Of a stretch of 64,000 nucleotides of DNA, positions 37,969-47,275 are shown piece after piece (positions within the stretch are counted from its first letter, which is position 1; the number at the start of each line of letters is the position of its first letter). Origin of the DNA: Candidatus Lustribacter sp. (GTDB taxonomy: Bacteria; Vulcanimicrobiota; Vulcanimicrobiia; Vulcanimicrobiales; Vulcanimicrobiaceae); NCBI GenBank assembly GCA_965277805.1, contig OZ255842.1, positions 1 through 64,000 of the forward strand, read 5' to 3'. Position numbers and translations under genes: made by a program. The notes beneath the pieces were generated by a model that was given only the letters and a program-made list of their open reading frames with translations, did no database searches and had not been told where the DNA came from.

Positions 37969-40050
37969 TCAGATCACTTCTGCAATGAGCTCGGCGGCTT
38001 TGCCGGCACCGTTGCCGACTGGTCGATACACGGGGGAGCGGCACAGCTCCGCCGCAATCGCGTCAGCGATGTCATCGGTATCCGCCTGGCCATAGTCCAT
38101 ACAACGGCCGGCGCCGTAACGCTCCAAACGATGGCGGACGTGGTAGTTTTGCTCGAAGTGGTGCCTGAGAGGGAAGTAGATGAATGGACGTCCCGCAGCC
38201 GTCAGCTCCATGGTGGTCGTGAGACCGCCCTGCACGAGCGCGAGATCGCAGACCGCGAGGTGACGGTAGAGATCCGGTACGTAGGCGTGCAGTTCGAGAC
38301 CGGTATGCACCGGTAAACACGCCGGGTCGATTCGTGGTCCGGCGACGACGATCATCCGCAGTTGCGGCACGCGACGTTTCGCCTTGGGGTACGCCGCGAT
38401 AATCCGGCGGAGGAGCGCGACGCCGACACCGGAACCGCCGACCGTCACAATACAGACGGCCTCATCCGCGCGATAGCCGAAGCGGTCGCGCCATTCTTCG
38501 TGCTCGGCAGGCGTGGGCGGCACAAATCCGCTGACGTAGCCGGGGAAATCGTAGTGGGACTCGGTCCATGAACGAATTTGCGGCAGGCCGGGGCCGAAAC
38601 TGGCCGGCACGATGTCATCGGGCTCGCCGACGAAGATGGAACGATCGCGCAGGTTCGGATGGCGCTCGATGTGCTCGATCATCTCGGCGTTGTAGTCGGC
38701 GGTGATGCGCCGTTCGTAATCGCCGCCGTCAGGCATCGGAAGCCAGCCGACGAAATCGGTCATCCACACGAACGCGGTCCGCTTCTCGTTAGGATTCTCA
38801 TGCAGGTAGTAATCGACGTCCCAGGCCTCGTCGCCGACGACGAGATCGAATTGCTCTTCCCGCAGCAGATCGTAGAACACCATGAAGTTGTTGACGAGGA
38901 TCTCATCCATCCGGCGGATCGACTGGAATGCATGGAGATCGTGGTCGCCGCACTCGCTTTCGCAGTGCGCGGATTCGTTGACGAGGGCGGCGCTCGCCGA
39001 ATGGATCGTCTCGCCCCGCCGGCGCAACACTTCGGTGACCGGGTGTTGCGCGAGCCATTCGATATCGAGATCCGGACGCAGCCGGCGCAGTTCGGCCGCT
39101 ATTGCTGCGTCGCGCTGAGCGTGGCCGAGGCCGATCGGCGATGAAATGAACAACGCGCGTTTGCGCCGGCTGCGTCGCGGTTTGGACGCGGGGCGAGGCA
39201 GCAGCGCGTCGCGAATCTCTGCATTGACCCTCAGCGGGTTACGCGCCTGTGGGAGATGACCGCTGCCTTCGAGCAGGACGAAGCGGCCGTTGGTCGCCTC
39301 AGCGAGCGCCAGTCCGCGTTCCTTGGGTACGATGCGGTCGGCGTTGCCGTGCAGCACGAGCACCGGGCACTGCACCTTCGCGGCGAGCTCGTGCGCTTCC
39401 GCATCACTGAGCTGCGGCGCGAGGACGGTCGCTGCGAGCGTCTCAGGTGTCGTATCCAGCGCCCATCCGACGGCGTCTTCGAACGGTTTGGTCGAATGCG
39501 GCTCCGGCAACGCTTTGCTGAAGAAGAATTCGACGAAGTCCAGGTAGTTGGTACGCCAGTAGTTTCGATTGAATTTCGTCCAGCCGTCGTGGCGTTGGTA
39601 TTCTTCGTCAAACGAAGCGACCGCGGCGGCGCGGTCCGGGTCGCCGGCGGCGAGCGGCACGGCCGGCGCAATGCAGATAAGGTGCTCGACGCGCTCGGGA
39701 TGGCGGCCCGCCACCATCAGCGCCCACCGCGCGCCGGCCGACAGTGCGACCAGCGCCGCGCGCGCGGTGTTGGTCGCGTCCAGCACCGCGAGAGCGTCAG
39801 CCGCGAAGTCTTCGTCGGAATAATCGAGTTCGGGCGTTTTGTCGGAACGCCCGTTGCCACGTCCGTCGAAGGTAACGACCCGCGCGTGGCGCGCGAAGTA
39901 AGGAATCTGCGCTTTCCAAATGCGCGAGTGGACGATCGACCAGGCCGGTAAGAACAAGATCGTTCGCTCGCCGCTACCGTACACGTCGTAAGCGATTCGA
40001 ACTCCGTTCCGCAGAGCGTAGCCCGACTCGACCGGCTCGAGCGCCCTCAC
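37969..40050 (-). CDS. alpha/beta hydrolase - GT-B glycosyltransferase fusion protein
   Basis: N-terminal FDGRGNGRSD, ALSAG, HG.AD, GSGH; C-terminal SSPIGLGH..RD, TVGGSG, QGGLTTTMEL, HFEQ (GT28-like). Confidence 0.85.
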   Translation of the reverse strand: MRALEPVESGYALRNGVRIAYDVYGSGERTILFLPAWSIVHSRIWKAQIPYFARHARVVTFDGRGNGRSDKTPELDYSDEDFAADALAVLDATNTARAALVALSAGARWALMVAGRHPERVEHLICIAPAVPLAAGDPDRAAAVASFDEEYQRHDGWTKFNRNYWRTNYLDFVEFFFSKALPEPHSTKPFEDAVGWALDTTPETLAATVLAPQLSDAEAHELAAKVQCPVLVLHGNADRIVPKERGLALAEATNGRFVLLEGSGHLPQARNPLRVNAEIRDALLPRPASKPRRSRRKRALFISSPIGLGHAQRDAAIAAELRRLRPDLDIEWLAQHPVTEVLRRRGETIHSASAALVNESAHCESECGDHDLHAFQSIRRMDEILVNNFMVFYDLLREEQFDLVVGDEAWDVDYYLHENPNEKRTAFVWMTDFVGWLPMPDGGDYERRITADYNAEMIEHIERHPNLRDRSIFVGEPDDIVPASFGPGLPQIRSWTESHYDFPGYVSGFVPPTPAEHEEWRDRFGYRADEAVCIVTVGGSGVGVALLRRIIAAYPKAKRRVPQLRMIVVAGPRIDPACLPVHTGLELHAYVPDLYRHLAVCDLALVQGGLTTTMELTAAGRPFIYFPLRHHFEQNYHVRHRLERYGAGRCMDYGQADTDDIADAIAAELCRSPVYRPVGNGAGKAAELIAEVI

Positions 40051-40664
40051 TCGGCGCGCTGCTTTTCCCAGCGCTGCAACAAGTTGTCGATCATTTTCAG
40101 CATCGAGTCGTGGCCCGCATCGTAATCGATCAACCGTTCGAGCAGCAGACCGAGGTTGAACGTACGCACGAGCGTCGTCACCGCATCGGCCGGGAACTTC
40201 CGCCGGTCGACGCCGTAGGCTTTAAGCGCGTTCGCAATCGCCTCGCCGAGTACTGCGTTCCACTGCTCATGGACGTGCTGCAGCCGCTCGCGGAACTCAG
40301 GCCGGTTCCAGGCCATAGCCTCGAGCTCGAACCAGATCTTGGGATAGCCTGAGGCAAGATCTTCGTCGATGAAGTTCATCGCTTTGCGCCACTTTTCGAT
40401 GAATGGGACGCCGCGAGCGGCGTACATTGCGCGTTGTCGAACGAGGACGCGGTCGGTGAAGCGCTCGAACACGCGTATCAACAGCTCTTCCATCGAGCCG
40501 AAGTAATAATGCACCAAGCCGTGGTTGGCTCCGGCTTCAAGCGCGAGTTTTCGCGTCGTGATCATCGCGTAGCCTTCACGTACGAGCAGGCGTTCCGCGG
40601 CATCGAGGAACGCCTGCTCCGTTTCGCGGCGGGAAACCGAAATGCCGGCCGGGTTTCGGCTCAG
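40047..40664 (-). CDS. TetR/AcrR family regulator (start uncertain; CTG at 40664 proposed)
   Basis: TEQAFLDAAERLLVREGY..ITTRKLALEAGANHGLVHYYFGS HTH. Confidence 0.85.
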   Translation of the reverse strand: MSRNPAGISVSRRETEQAFLDAAERLLVREGYAMITTRKLALEAGANHGLVHYYFGSMEELLIRVFERFTDRVLVRQRAMYAARGVPFIEKWRKAMNFIDEDLASGYPKIWFELEAMAWNRPEFRERLQHVHEQWNAVLGEAIANALKAYGVDRRKFPADAVTTLVRTFNLGLLLERLIDYDAGHDSMLKMIDNLLQRWEKQRAE

Positions 40665-41749
40665 TGCTTGACCTCGTAGACGATGTTGAACGGTGTCTGG
40701 GTGGCCCGGCGGAAATGCTTCAGACCGGCGTCGTCGACGACCTGATGCATGCGCGCTTCTCCGGCCTGTGCGCCAAGCGCCAAGCCTACTTCTTGCGAGA
40801 GCGAGGCGGGCGTGCACAGGAGAGTCGACGCAGCGTAGAAGATGCGCCCGACCGGGTTGAGGTTATCCTCGAGCCGATCGCCGGCGAACGGTTCGACCAG
40901 CATCCAGGTACCGTCGGACGCCAGCGCTTCACGCACGTGCTTGGCCGCGCCAACGGGATCGCCCATGTCGTGCAAGCAGTCGAAGTACGTAATCAGGTCG
41001 TAGTCCTCGCCGGGAAAATCCTTGGCGCTTGCGACATCAAATTTGACCCGGTCCGACACGCCGGCTGCCTTCGCCCGCTCCCGCGCCAATTCGATCGACC
41101 CGCTGTGATAGTCGAAGCCCTGAAAGATCGAGTTGGGATAGGCTTGGGCCATAATGATCGTCGAGGCGCCGAGCCCGCAGCCGATGTCAGCCACCTTGGC
41201 GCCCGTACGCAGCTTGCCTTCGACGCCGGCGAGTGCGGGGATCCACTCGGCGACGAGATGCGCGTTGTAGCCGGGTCGAAAGAAGCGCTCCGTGCCTTCG
41301 AAGAGCACGGGGCTGTGCTCGTGCCAGCCGAATCCTTTGCCGGTGCGGAAGCGCTCGGTGATCTGCGGCTCGGCCGCCATCATGGCTTCGACGATTTGGA
41401 ATGCGCCGTGCATGAACAAGGGACTCGTGTCGTCAGCCAGCATGAACGCCTGTTCGGGCGGCAGCGCGAAGCGCTGCGTCGCCGCATCGTACTCAACGTA
41501 GCCGCTCGCGGCCTGGTTCGAGAGCCATTCACGCACGTAACGCTCGTTCGTGCCGGTGCGCGCCGCGAGTTCGTTCGAGGTCAGCGCCTCGCCTTTGGCT
41601 AGCTCGCGGTAGAGCCCGACTTTATCGCCGATGATCGTCAGGACGGCACTCATGGCCGCGCCGAGGTCGCCGAGCATTTTGCCGACGAACGCATTGAGCT
41701 TATCAGGATCGGGTGACTTGGCTGGTGGCCGGTCTGTCTCGGTATCCAT
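40661..41749 (-). CDS. class I SAM-dependent methyltransferase with N-terminal wHTH (Rv2258c-like)
   Basis: ELAARTGTNERYVREWL, VADIGCGLG, FDCLHDMGDP, LGAQAGE. Confidence 0.9.
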   Translation of the reverse strand: MDTETDRPPAKSPDPDKLNAFVGKMLGDLGAAMSAVLTIIGDKVGLYRELAKGEALTSNELAARTGTNERYVREWLSNQAASGYVEYDAATQRFALPPEQAFMLADDTSPLFMHGAFQIVEAMMAAEPQITERFRTGKGFGWHEHSPVLFEGTERFFRPGYNAHLVAEWIPALAGVEGKLRTGAKVADIGCGLGASTIIMAQAYPNSIFQGFDYHSGSIELARERAKAAGVSDRVKFDVASAKDFPGEDYDLITYFDCLHDMGDPVGAAKHVREALASDGTWMLVEPFAGDRLEDNLNPVGRIFYAASTLLCTPASLSQEVGLALGAQAGEARMHQVVDDAGLKHFRRATQTPFNIVYEVKH

Positions 41750-41779
41750 AGCCGTGCTCTCCTCAATCAGGCACGTGTC

Positions 41780-41795
41780 TTAGTCAGATGACTAA
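41780..41795. promoter_or_regulatory. putative TetR operator upstream of the methyltransferase operon
   Basis: Dyad TTAGTCA-GA-TGACTAA, next to the near-palindrome AGGCACGTGTCT. Confidence 0.55.
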
Positions 41796-41883
41796 CCTAC
41801 CGCGATGGATACAGCGTGTCAATACCTTCCCAGGGCGCTTGCCGGGCGGGGTGCGCGCGATTTCGCTCGAAAAACACGCTCCT

Positions 41884-42999
41884 ATGAGCGGTGTACGCGT
41901 CTTGGTCGGAACGCGAAAGGGAGCGTTCGTTCTCACATCGGACGAAAGGCGCAGACGCTGGGACGTCGGCGGTCCGTACTTCGCCGGCTGGGAGATCTAT
42001 CACGTTACGGGCTCCCCGGCCGATCCGAACCGGCTTTACGCCTCGCAGTCCAGCAGCTGGTTCGGGCAGGTGATGCAGCGCTCCGACGACGGCGGCACGA
42101 CCTGGGCACCAGTCGGAAATACGTTTGCGTACGATGGTGTCGCCGGAACGCACCAGTGGTACGACGGCACGCCGCACCCGTGGGAGTTTGCGCGTGTGTG
42201 GCATCTCGAACCGTCGCTCACCGACCCCGATACTGTGTACGCCGGCGTCGAAGATGCCGCACTCTTTCGTTCGACCGACGGGGGCGGGAGCTGGCACGAA
42301 CTCTCCGGTTTGCGCGGCCACGGCACGGGCCCGGCGTGGCAGCCCGGCGCCGGCGGAATGTGCCTGCACACCATCATCCTGGATCCGCACGATTCGCAGC
42401 GCATCTTCGTCGCCATATCGGCCGCTGGGGCGTTCCGCAGCGACGACGGCGGTACGACATGGCGGCCGATCAACCGTGGGCTGATTTCGGAACAGATCCC
42501 CGATCCGCAAGCGGAGATCGGCCACTGCGTGCATCGCCTGGCGATGCACCCCAGCAGACCGTCGGTACTGTTCATGCAAAAGCACTGGGACGTCATGCGC
42601 ACCGACGATGCCGGTGAGAATTGGCGCGAGGTCAGCGGCAACTTGCCGACCGACTTCGGCTTCGCAATCGACGTGCACGCGCACGAGCCGGAGACGATCT
42701 ACGTCGTCCCGATCAAGAGCGACTCGGAGCACTTCCCGCTCGACGGTCAGCTGCGCGTGTACCGTAGCCGAAGCGGAGGCGACGAATGGGAAGCGCTCAC
42801 GAACGGCTTGCCGCAACGTGATTGCTACGTCAACGTTTTGCGCGATGCGATGGCCGTCGACTCATGCGATCCGTGCGGCGTGTACTTCGGGACGACCGGT
42901 GGGCAGGTCTACGCGTCGAGCGATGCGGGCGACCACTGGTCGCCGATCGTTCGCGATTTGCCGGCGGTGCTTTCGGTCGAAGTCCAGACGCTGCCGTGA
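41884..42999 (+). CDS. BNR/Asp-box repeat beta-propeller protein (sialidase-like fold)
   Basis: LVGTRKG N-terminus; multiple RSDDGGTTW / RSTDGGGSW / SSDAGDHW Asp-boxes; no signal peptide. Confidence 0.88.
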   Translation: MSGVRVLVGTRKGAFVLTSDERRRRWDVGGPYFAGWEIYHVTGSPADPNRLYASQSSSWFGQVMQRSDDGGTTWAPVGNTFAYDGVAGTHQWYDGTPHPWEFARVWHLEPSLTDPDTVYAGVEDAALFRSTDGGGSWHELSGLRGHGTGPAWQPGAGGMCLHTIILDPHDSQRIFVAISAAGAFRSDDGGTTWRPINRGLISEQIPDPQAEIGHCVHRLAMHPSRPSVLFMQKHWDVMRTDDAGENWREVSGNLPTDFGFAIDVHAHEPETIYVVPIKSDSEHFPLDGQLRVYRSRSGGDEWEALTNGLPQRDCYVNVLRDAMAVDSCDPCGVYFGTTGGQVYASSDAGDHWSPIVRDLPAVLSVEVQTLP

Positions 43000-43292
43000 T
43001 CCGCGTTGTGCTCCCAGCGCACTTGAAGGTGCTGGCGCGCGTCAGCGGCGAGGTGCAGCTCGAAGTCGACGGTGCTGCGACTCAGCGTTCCGTTCTCGAC
43101 GCGCTGGAAGCCGGGTTTCCGGCGCTGCGCGGAACGATTCGCGACCAGGCAACGAAACGGCGGCGGCCGTTTGTTCGGTTTTTCGCCTGCGAGCGCGACC
43201 TCTCGCACGAGTTGCCCGACGCACCGCTGCCGGAAGCCGTCACGACGGGCGCCGAGCCGCTGCTGGTCGTCGGCGCGATGGCCGGAGGCTAG
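42996..43292 (+). CDS. MoaD/ThiS family ubiquitin-like protein
   Basis: GTGA overlap; 98 aa ending in AMAGG (C-terminal di-Gly). Confidence 0.88.
   Translation: MIRVVLPAHLKVLARVSGEVQLEVDGAATQRSVLDALEAGFPALRGTIRDQATKRRRPFVRFFACERDLSHELPDAPLPEAVTTGAEPLLVVGAMAGG
43249..43292 (+). repeat. 44-bp direct repeat, left copy (3' end of the MoaD/ThiS gene)
   Basis: GCGCCGAGCCGCTGCTGGTCGTCGGCGCGATGGCCGGAGGCTAG; 41/44 identical to 49026-49069. Confidence 0.95.
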
Positions 43293-43300
43293 CCGGGCCG

Positions 43301-44326
43301 CTATGTACGAGCAGACGATTCTCTGGCAATAAGTGTCGGAAGCCGGGCCGTAACTTTTTGCGCGTGCGGTCCGGTCTCGATTTGATCGAGGAGTAATTCG
43401 ATCGCCAACTTGGCGACGTCCGCGAGATGCAGATTGACCGCGGTGAGATTTGGCAGGCTTTCGCGAGCCCGGATGCCGTCATATCGCGTCGCAACGAGGA
43501 CCGCTTGGGGAACCGGTTTCGCAAGCTCGTCCAACGCGCGCACCGCTCCGGTCGCGAAGGTGTCGACGAGAGCTAAGATGCCGTCCACGCTCGGATGCGC
43601 GCGCAGCATTCCTCGCGTTGCAGCGTAGGCGGCGTCTTCGCCGCCGCGCTCATCGATCCGTACGGCGACTGGTTCGATGTCGTAGGTGCGCGCGAACTTC
43701 GAATAGGCTGACTCGGTCTCGAGGTACGAGTTTCGCCGCGTCTCGCCGGTCATAAGGGCGATGTGCTTGGCACCACGCTCACGCAGATGGTCTAAGAGCA
43801 TGCGCGCCGTCTCCCGCGAACGGATATCGATCGAGGCGACGTCGGTCATTGCGGGTGCTTTCCCAATCGTCACCATGGGGACGGCGCGAGCGCGCAATTG
43901 CGTGATGTACGGGTCGTGTGCGCTTGGTTCGAGCACGACGGCCGCGTCGATCGCGAGTTTGTCGAGTCGCAGCGGCTCGTTCGAGATCGAGGGGACAAGC
44001 AAGAGTGCGAAGCCGTGTTCCAACGCCGTGACGGCCGCCGTCGCGGCAATTTCCATCAAGAAGCCCAGGCGCGAGACATCGCTCGAAATGGCAAACGGCA
44101 TCGATGAGAAGATGGCGATGGTCCCGATGCCGGTCGTCCGCATCCGCCGGGCGTGCACGTTCGGCGTGTAGCCGAGTTGAGCGGCAACTTCGCTAATGCG
44201 GCGCTTCGTCGTCGGGCCCACAGACCGGCGATCGTTGAAGGCGTTCGAGACGGTGGCGGGAGAGACGCCGGCCTTTCTTGCGACGTCCACGATGGTCGGG
44301 CGGCCGCGAACGGGACGATTAGCCAC
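43301..44326 (-). CDS. LacI family transcriptional regulator
   Basis: PTIVDVARKAGVSPATVSNAFN, LGYTPN..AR, LIARES. Confidence 0.93.
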   Translation of the reverse strand: MANRPVRGRPTIVDVARKAGVSPATVSNAFNDRRSVGPTTKRRISEVAAQLGYTPNVHARRMRTTGIGTIAIFSSMPFAISSDVSRLGFLMEIAATAAVTALEHGFALLLVPSISNEPLRLDKLAIDAAVVLEPSAHDPYITQLRARAVPMVTIGKAPAMTDVASIDIRSRETARMLLDHLRERGAKHIALMTGETRRNSYLETESAYSKFARTYDIEPVAVRIDERGGEDAAYAATRGMLRAHPSVDGILALVDTFATGAVRALDELAKPVPQAVLVATRYDGIRARESLPNLTAVNLHLADVAKLAIELLLDQIETGPHAQKVTARLPTLIARESSART

Positions 44327-44387
44327 TTGTCCTTTACTCCCCAGGCTCGCTTAGCCGAATTGCGGTAGTGCCGCACTCCAGCATGAG

Positions 44388-44401
44388 GTAAAACGTTTTA
44401 C
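44388..44401. promoter_or_regulatory. putative LacI-family operator
   Basis: Perfect 14-bp palindrome GTAAAACGTTTTAC with a LacI-type AAACGTTT core, immediately before ATG 44403. Confidence 0.7.
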
Positions 44402-44402
44402 T

Positions 44403-45530
44403 ATGAGCGGCTCCACGGCCTTTCGAGTCGATCAAGTGACCGACCGGCGGCGAACGACCGGACTGATCGCCCACGATCCGGCGCGCAGCGCGGGCGGCTT
44501 CACGCTGATCGCTCCCCAGACCGACGACGGCAACGTCTACCTTGTGGCGATCGACGGAACCGTGGCCCATCATTGGAAGCTTCCCGTTCGCCCGGGCCGG
44601 CATGCTGTGATTCTGCCGAACGGAAATCTCGGTTATAACGGCAACCACCCTGATACACCGAACCTTTATCCGGCCTGGGAGATGTGGCACGGTGGCGACT
44701 TCTACGAAGTGACGCCGGCCGGTGAGATCGTTTGGCGGTTCGAGGACAAGCGTCATCACCACGACGCGGAATGGCTGCCCGACGGAGATCTGCTCTACAC
44801 GACCGCGCAGGTGATGCCGCCGGAGTGTGCGCGAAAGATCGCCGGCGGGAGTCACGCGCACGATCTTCCGGAGGGCGTTCAATACGGTGACGTCGTCCGG
44901 CGCGTGAATCGTGCCGGCAGCGTGACGTGGGAGTGGAAGGCCTGGGAGCATCTTGACCCGGCCGACTATCCGATCCATCCAATCTTCGATCGTTACCACT
45001 GGCCGATGATCAATGGCGTGCATCTGACGCGTGCAGGGCACGTGCTGCTCAGCCTTCGGACGACATCGGGCGTTATTGCGGTCGATCCACAATCCGGCAG
45101 CGTGCTGTGGTCGATCAAACATCCGCTGCTGGCACAGCAGCATGCGCCGGTCGAGCTTGAGAACGGGAACGTGTTGATCTTTGATAACGGCAACGTGCGC
45201 CCCGGCGTGACGTCGCCACATTCGCGTGCGGTCGAGTTCGAGCCGCACGCGCAAACCGTCGCATGGGAGTATACCGATCCGATGCGACCCTATTTCTTTT
45301 CGCCATATATGGGTAGTGCGCAGCGGCTCGGTAACGGCAATACATTCATAACAGAATCCGCGTTCGGGCGCCTCTTTGAAGTAACGCCCGGCGGAGAAAC
45401 CGTTTGGGAGTATATCATTCCGCAGTTTGGTGAGTATCCGTCCGGCGCCGCGCGTGATTACTCTGCCGGTGCTTCCAACAGCGTGTTCAAAACGTTCCGC
45501 TATTCGCACCAACAGCTTCCCTGGCTCTAG
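44403..45530 (+). CDS. aryl-sulfate sulfotransferase (ASST)-like beta-propeller protein, no signal peptide
   Basis: HHDA..LP.G, WEW..WEH, LLSLR, QQH, LIFDNG, SRAVE, GSAQRL.NGNT.ITE motifs. Confidence 0.8.
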   Translation: MSGSTAFRVDQVTDRRRTTGLIAHDPARSAGGFTLIAPQTDDGNVYLVAIDGTVAHHWKLPVRPGRHAVILPNGNLGYNGNHPDTPNLYPAWEMWHGGDFYEVTPAGEIVWRFEDKRHHHDAEWLPDGDLLYTTAQVMPPECARKIAGGSHAHDLPEGVQYGDVVRRVNRAGSVTWEWKAWEHLDPADYPIHPIFDRYHWPMINGVHLTRAGHVLLSLRTTSGVIAVDPQSGSVLWSIKHPLLAQQHAPVELENGNVLIFDNGNVRPGVTSPHSRAVEFEPHAQTVAWEYTDPMRPYFFSPYMGSAQRLGNGNTFITESAFGRLFEVTPGGETVWEYIIPQFGEYPSGAARDYSAGASNSVFKTFRYSHQQLPWL

Positions 45531-45550
45531 GTCGGCTTGTGAAAGGACCC

Positions 45551-46519
45551 ATGAAACACTTGCTCCGGCGACTTCCGCTTCTTGCGTTTTGCTTTGCGCT
45601 TGCCCTAGCGTCGGTCGCGGTTCCCGCACGCGCCGACGTGCCGACCGTGCGAATCTTGATGGACTGGTTCATTCAAGCCGATCAGGCCGGGTTCTGGCAA
45701 GAACAGATCGACGACCTCGGCAAACCGTACGGCGTGAAGGTTGCGGTGTTGCAGGGCGGTCCCAAGATCCAAACGATTCCCCAAGTCGCTTCGGGTCAGG
45801 CGGAGTTTGGGATCGGCAATGCCGACGACATCATATTGGCGCGCGTTCACGGCGTTCCGGTGCGCGCCGTGTTCGCATTTATGAATTTCGTTCCATACGA
45901 CCTGGTCTACCATCCCGATCTTAAGGTGCGGACGCTGAGCGACCTGAAGGATAAGACCTTTGCGGTCAACATCGGCTTCGGTTATTGGGAGTGGCTGAAA
46001 CAGCACTATCACCTCGGGAACGTGCATGAGATTCCGGTCACCGGCGACCTGACGCTCTTCAAGCTTAACCCCGACATGGTGCAACAAGGCTATACGATCT
46101 TCTTACCGGCCCGATTTGACGAGTTGCATGTGCCGAATGCCCAATTCCGGGTCTCGGACCTCGGCTATCGACCGTACGCAACGCTGTTCACGACCGATGA
46201 GATGATCAAAGATCATCCCGACCTCGTCCGAAACATGGTCGCTGCGGCCAAAAAAGGCTGGGAAAACTTCCTTGCTGATCCGTCGAAATTCAAAGCGTTG
46301 GCGCTCGGCATGAACGGTCAGATCAGTGCCGCCGTGAACGATCGTGCTGTCGCGGAACTCGAAGGAACGTTAGTCCCGCACGACCATGCGAAGATCGGAT
46401 GTATGACCGACGCCCGCTGGAGCGAGCTGACGAAACAATTGCAATTGGTGAATATGGTTCCGGGCAACTTCGATTCCAAGCAAGCCTACACGCTCTCGAT
46501 GGAGCCGGGCTGCAAGTAG
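45551..46519 (+). CDS. ABC transporter substrate-binding protein, NMT1/THI5 family
   Basis: Signal peptide; DWF.QA.Q.GFW, QGGP, GY.PY. Confidence 0.85.
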   Translation: MKHLLRRLPLLAFCFALALASVAVPARADVPTVRILMDWFIQADQAGFWQEQIDDLGKPYGVKVAVLQGGPKIQTIPQVASGQAEFGIGNADDIILARVHGVPVRAVFAFMNFVPYDLVYHPDLKVRTLSDLKDKTFAVNIGFGYWEWLKQHYHLGNVHEIPVTGDLTLFKLNPDMVQQGYTIFLPARFDELHVPNAQFRVSDLGYRPYATLFTTDEMIKDHPDLVRNMVAAAKKGWENFLADPSKFKALALGMNGQISAAVNDRAVAELEGTLVPHDHAKIGCMTDARWSELTKQLQLVNMVPGNFDSKQAYTLSMEPGCK

Positions 46520-46522
46520 GTC

Positions 46523-47275
46523 ATGACCACCGGTGCGTCCGTCTCGCTCAGTGGAGTCTCGAAGACGTACGATTCGGGTTTGCGCGCGCTCGAGCCGGTC
46601 GACGCCGAGATCCGGCGTGGCGAATTCGTTTCGATCGTCGGTCCGTCGGGCTGCGGTAAATCGACCCTCCTGCGTATCATTGCCGGCCTTTTGCCGGCGT
46701 CGGAGGGCGCATGCGAGCGGTCGAGCGATGGGACGGCGGCGTTCGTCTTTCAGGAAGCCGCGCTGTTGCCGTGGCGCAACGTGCAGAAGAACGCCGAACT
46801 GCTGATGGAACTCGAAGGCGTTCCGCCCGGCGAACGGACCGAGAAGGCTGCACGCACACTCAAACTCGTCGGACTCGAGGGGTTCGAGCGGTCGTATCCG
46901 CACAATCTTTCGGGTGGGATGCGGATGCGTTTGTCGCTGGCGCGCAGTATCGCCCTCCAACCCAGTTTGCTCTTGCTCGATGAGCCGCTCGCGGCTGTCG
47001 ACGAGCTGACGCGCGACGTGCTTCAGGAAGAGTTGTCCCAACTTTGGCAGGCGCAAGGATTTACGGCACTGCTCGTCACGCACAATGTGCACGAAGCGGT
47101 CTTCCTTTCGAACCGCGTTGTCGTCATGTCGAAGCGGCCGGGACGCATTTTGCGCATGATCGACGTGCCGTTCGCTTTCCCTCGCTCTCCTGAGCTCCGC
47201 TCAACGGGGGAGTTTGCGCATTTGACTGGGACAGTGTCGGCGGCGCTGCGAGAGGGTCGCGCCGATGGCCGTTAA
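46523..47275 (+). CDS. ABC transporter ATP-binding protein (TauB/SsuB-like)
   Basis: GPSGCGKST, LLPWR, LSGGMRMR, LLDEP, VTH. Confidence 0.93.
   Translation: MTTGASVSLSGVSKTYDSGLRALEPVDAEIRRGEFVSIVGPSGCGKSTLLRIIAGLLPASEGACERSSDGTAAFVFQEAALLPWRNVQKNAELLMELEGVPPGERTEKAARTLKLVGLEGFERSYPHNLSGGMRMRLSLARSIALQPSLLLLDEPLAAVDELTRDVLQEELSQLWQAQGFTALLVTHNVHEAVFLSNRVVVMSKRPGRILRMIDVPFAFPRSPELRSTGEFAHLTGTVSAALREGRADGR

Noticed and set aside
41884-42999. True sialidase
   Set aside because: Asp-boxes indicate only the fold; no RIP motif or export signal was seen.
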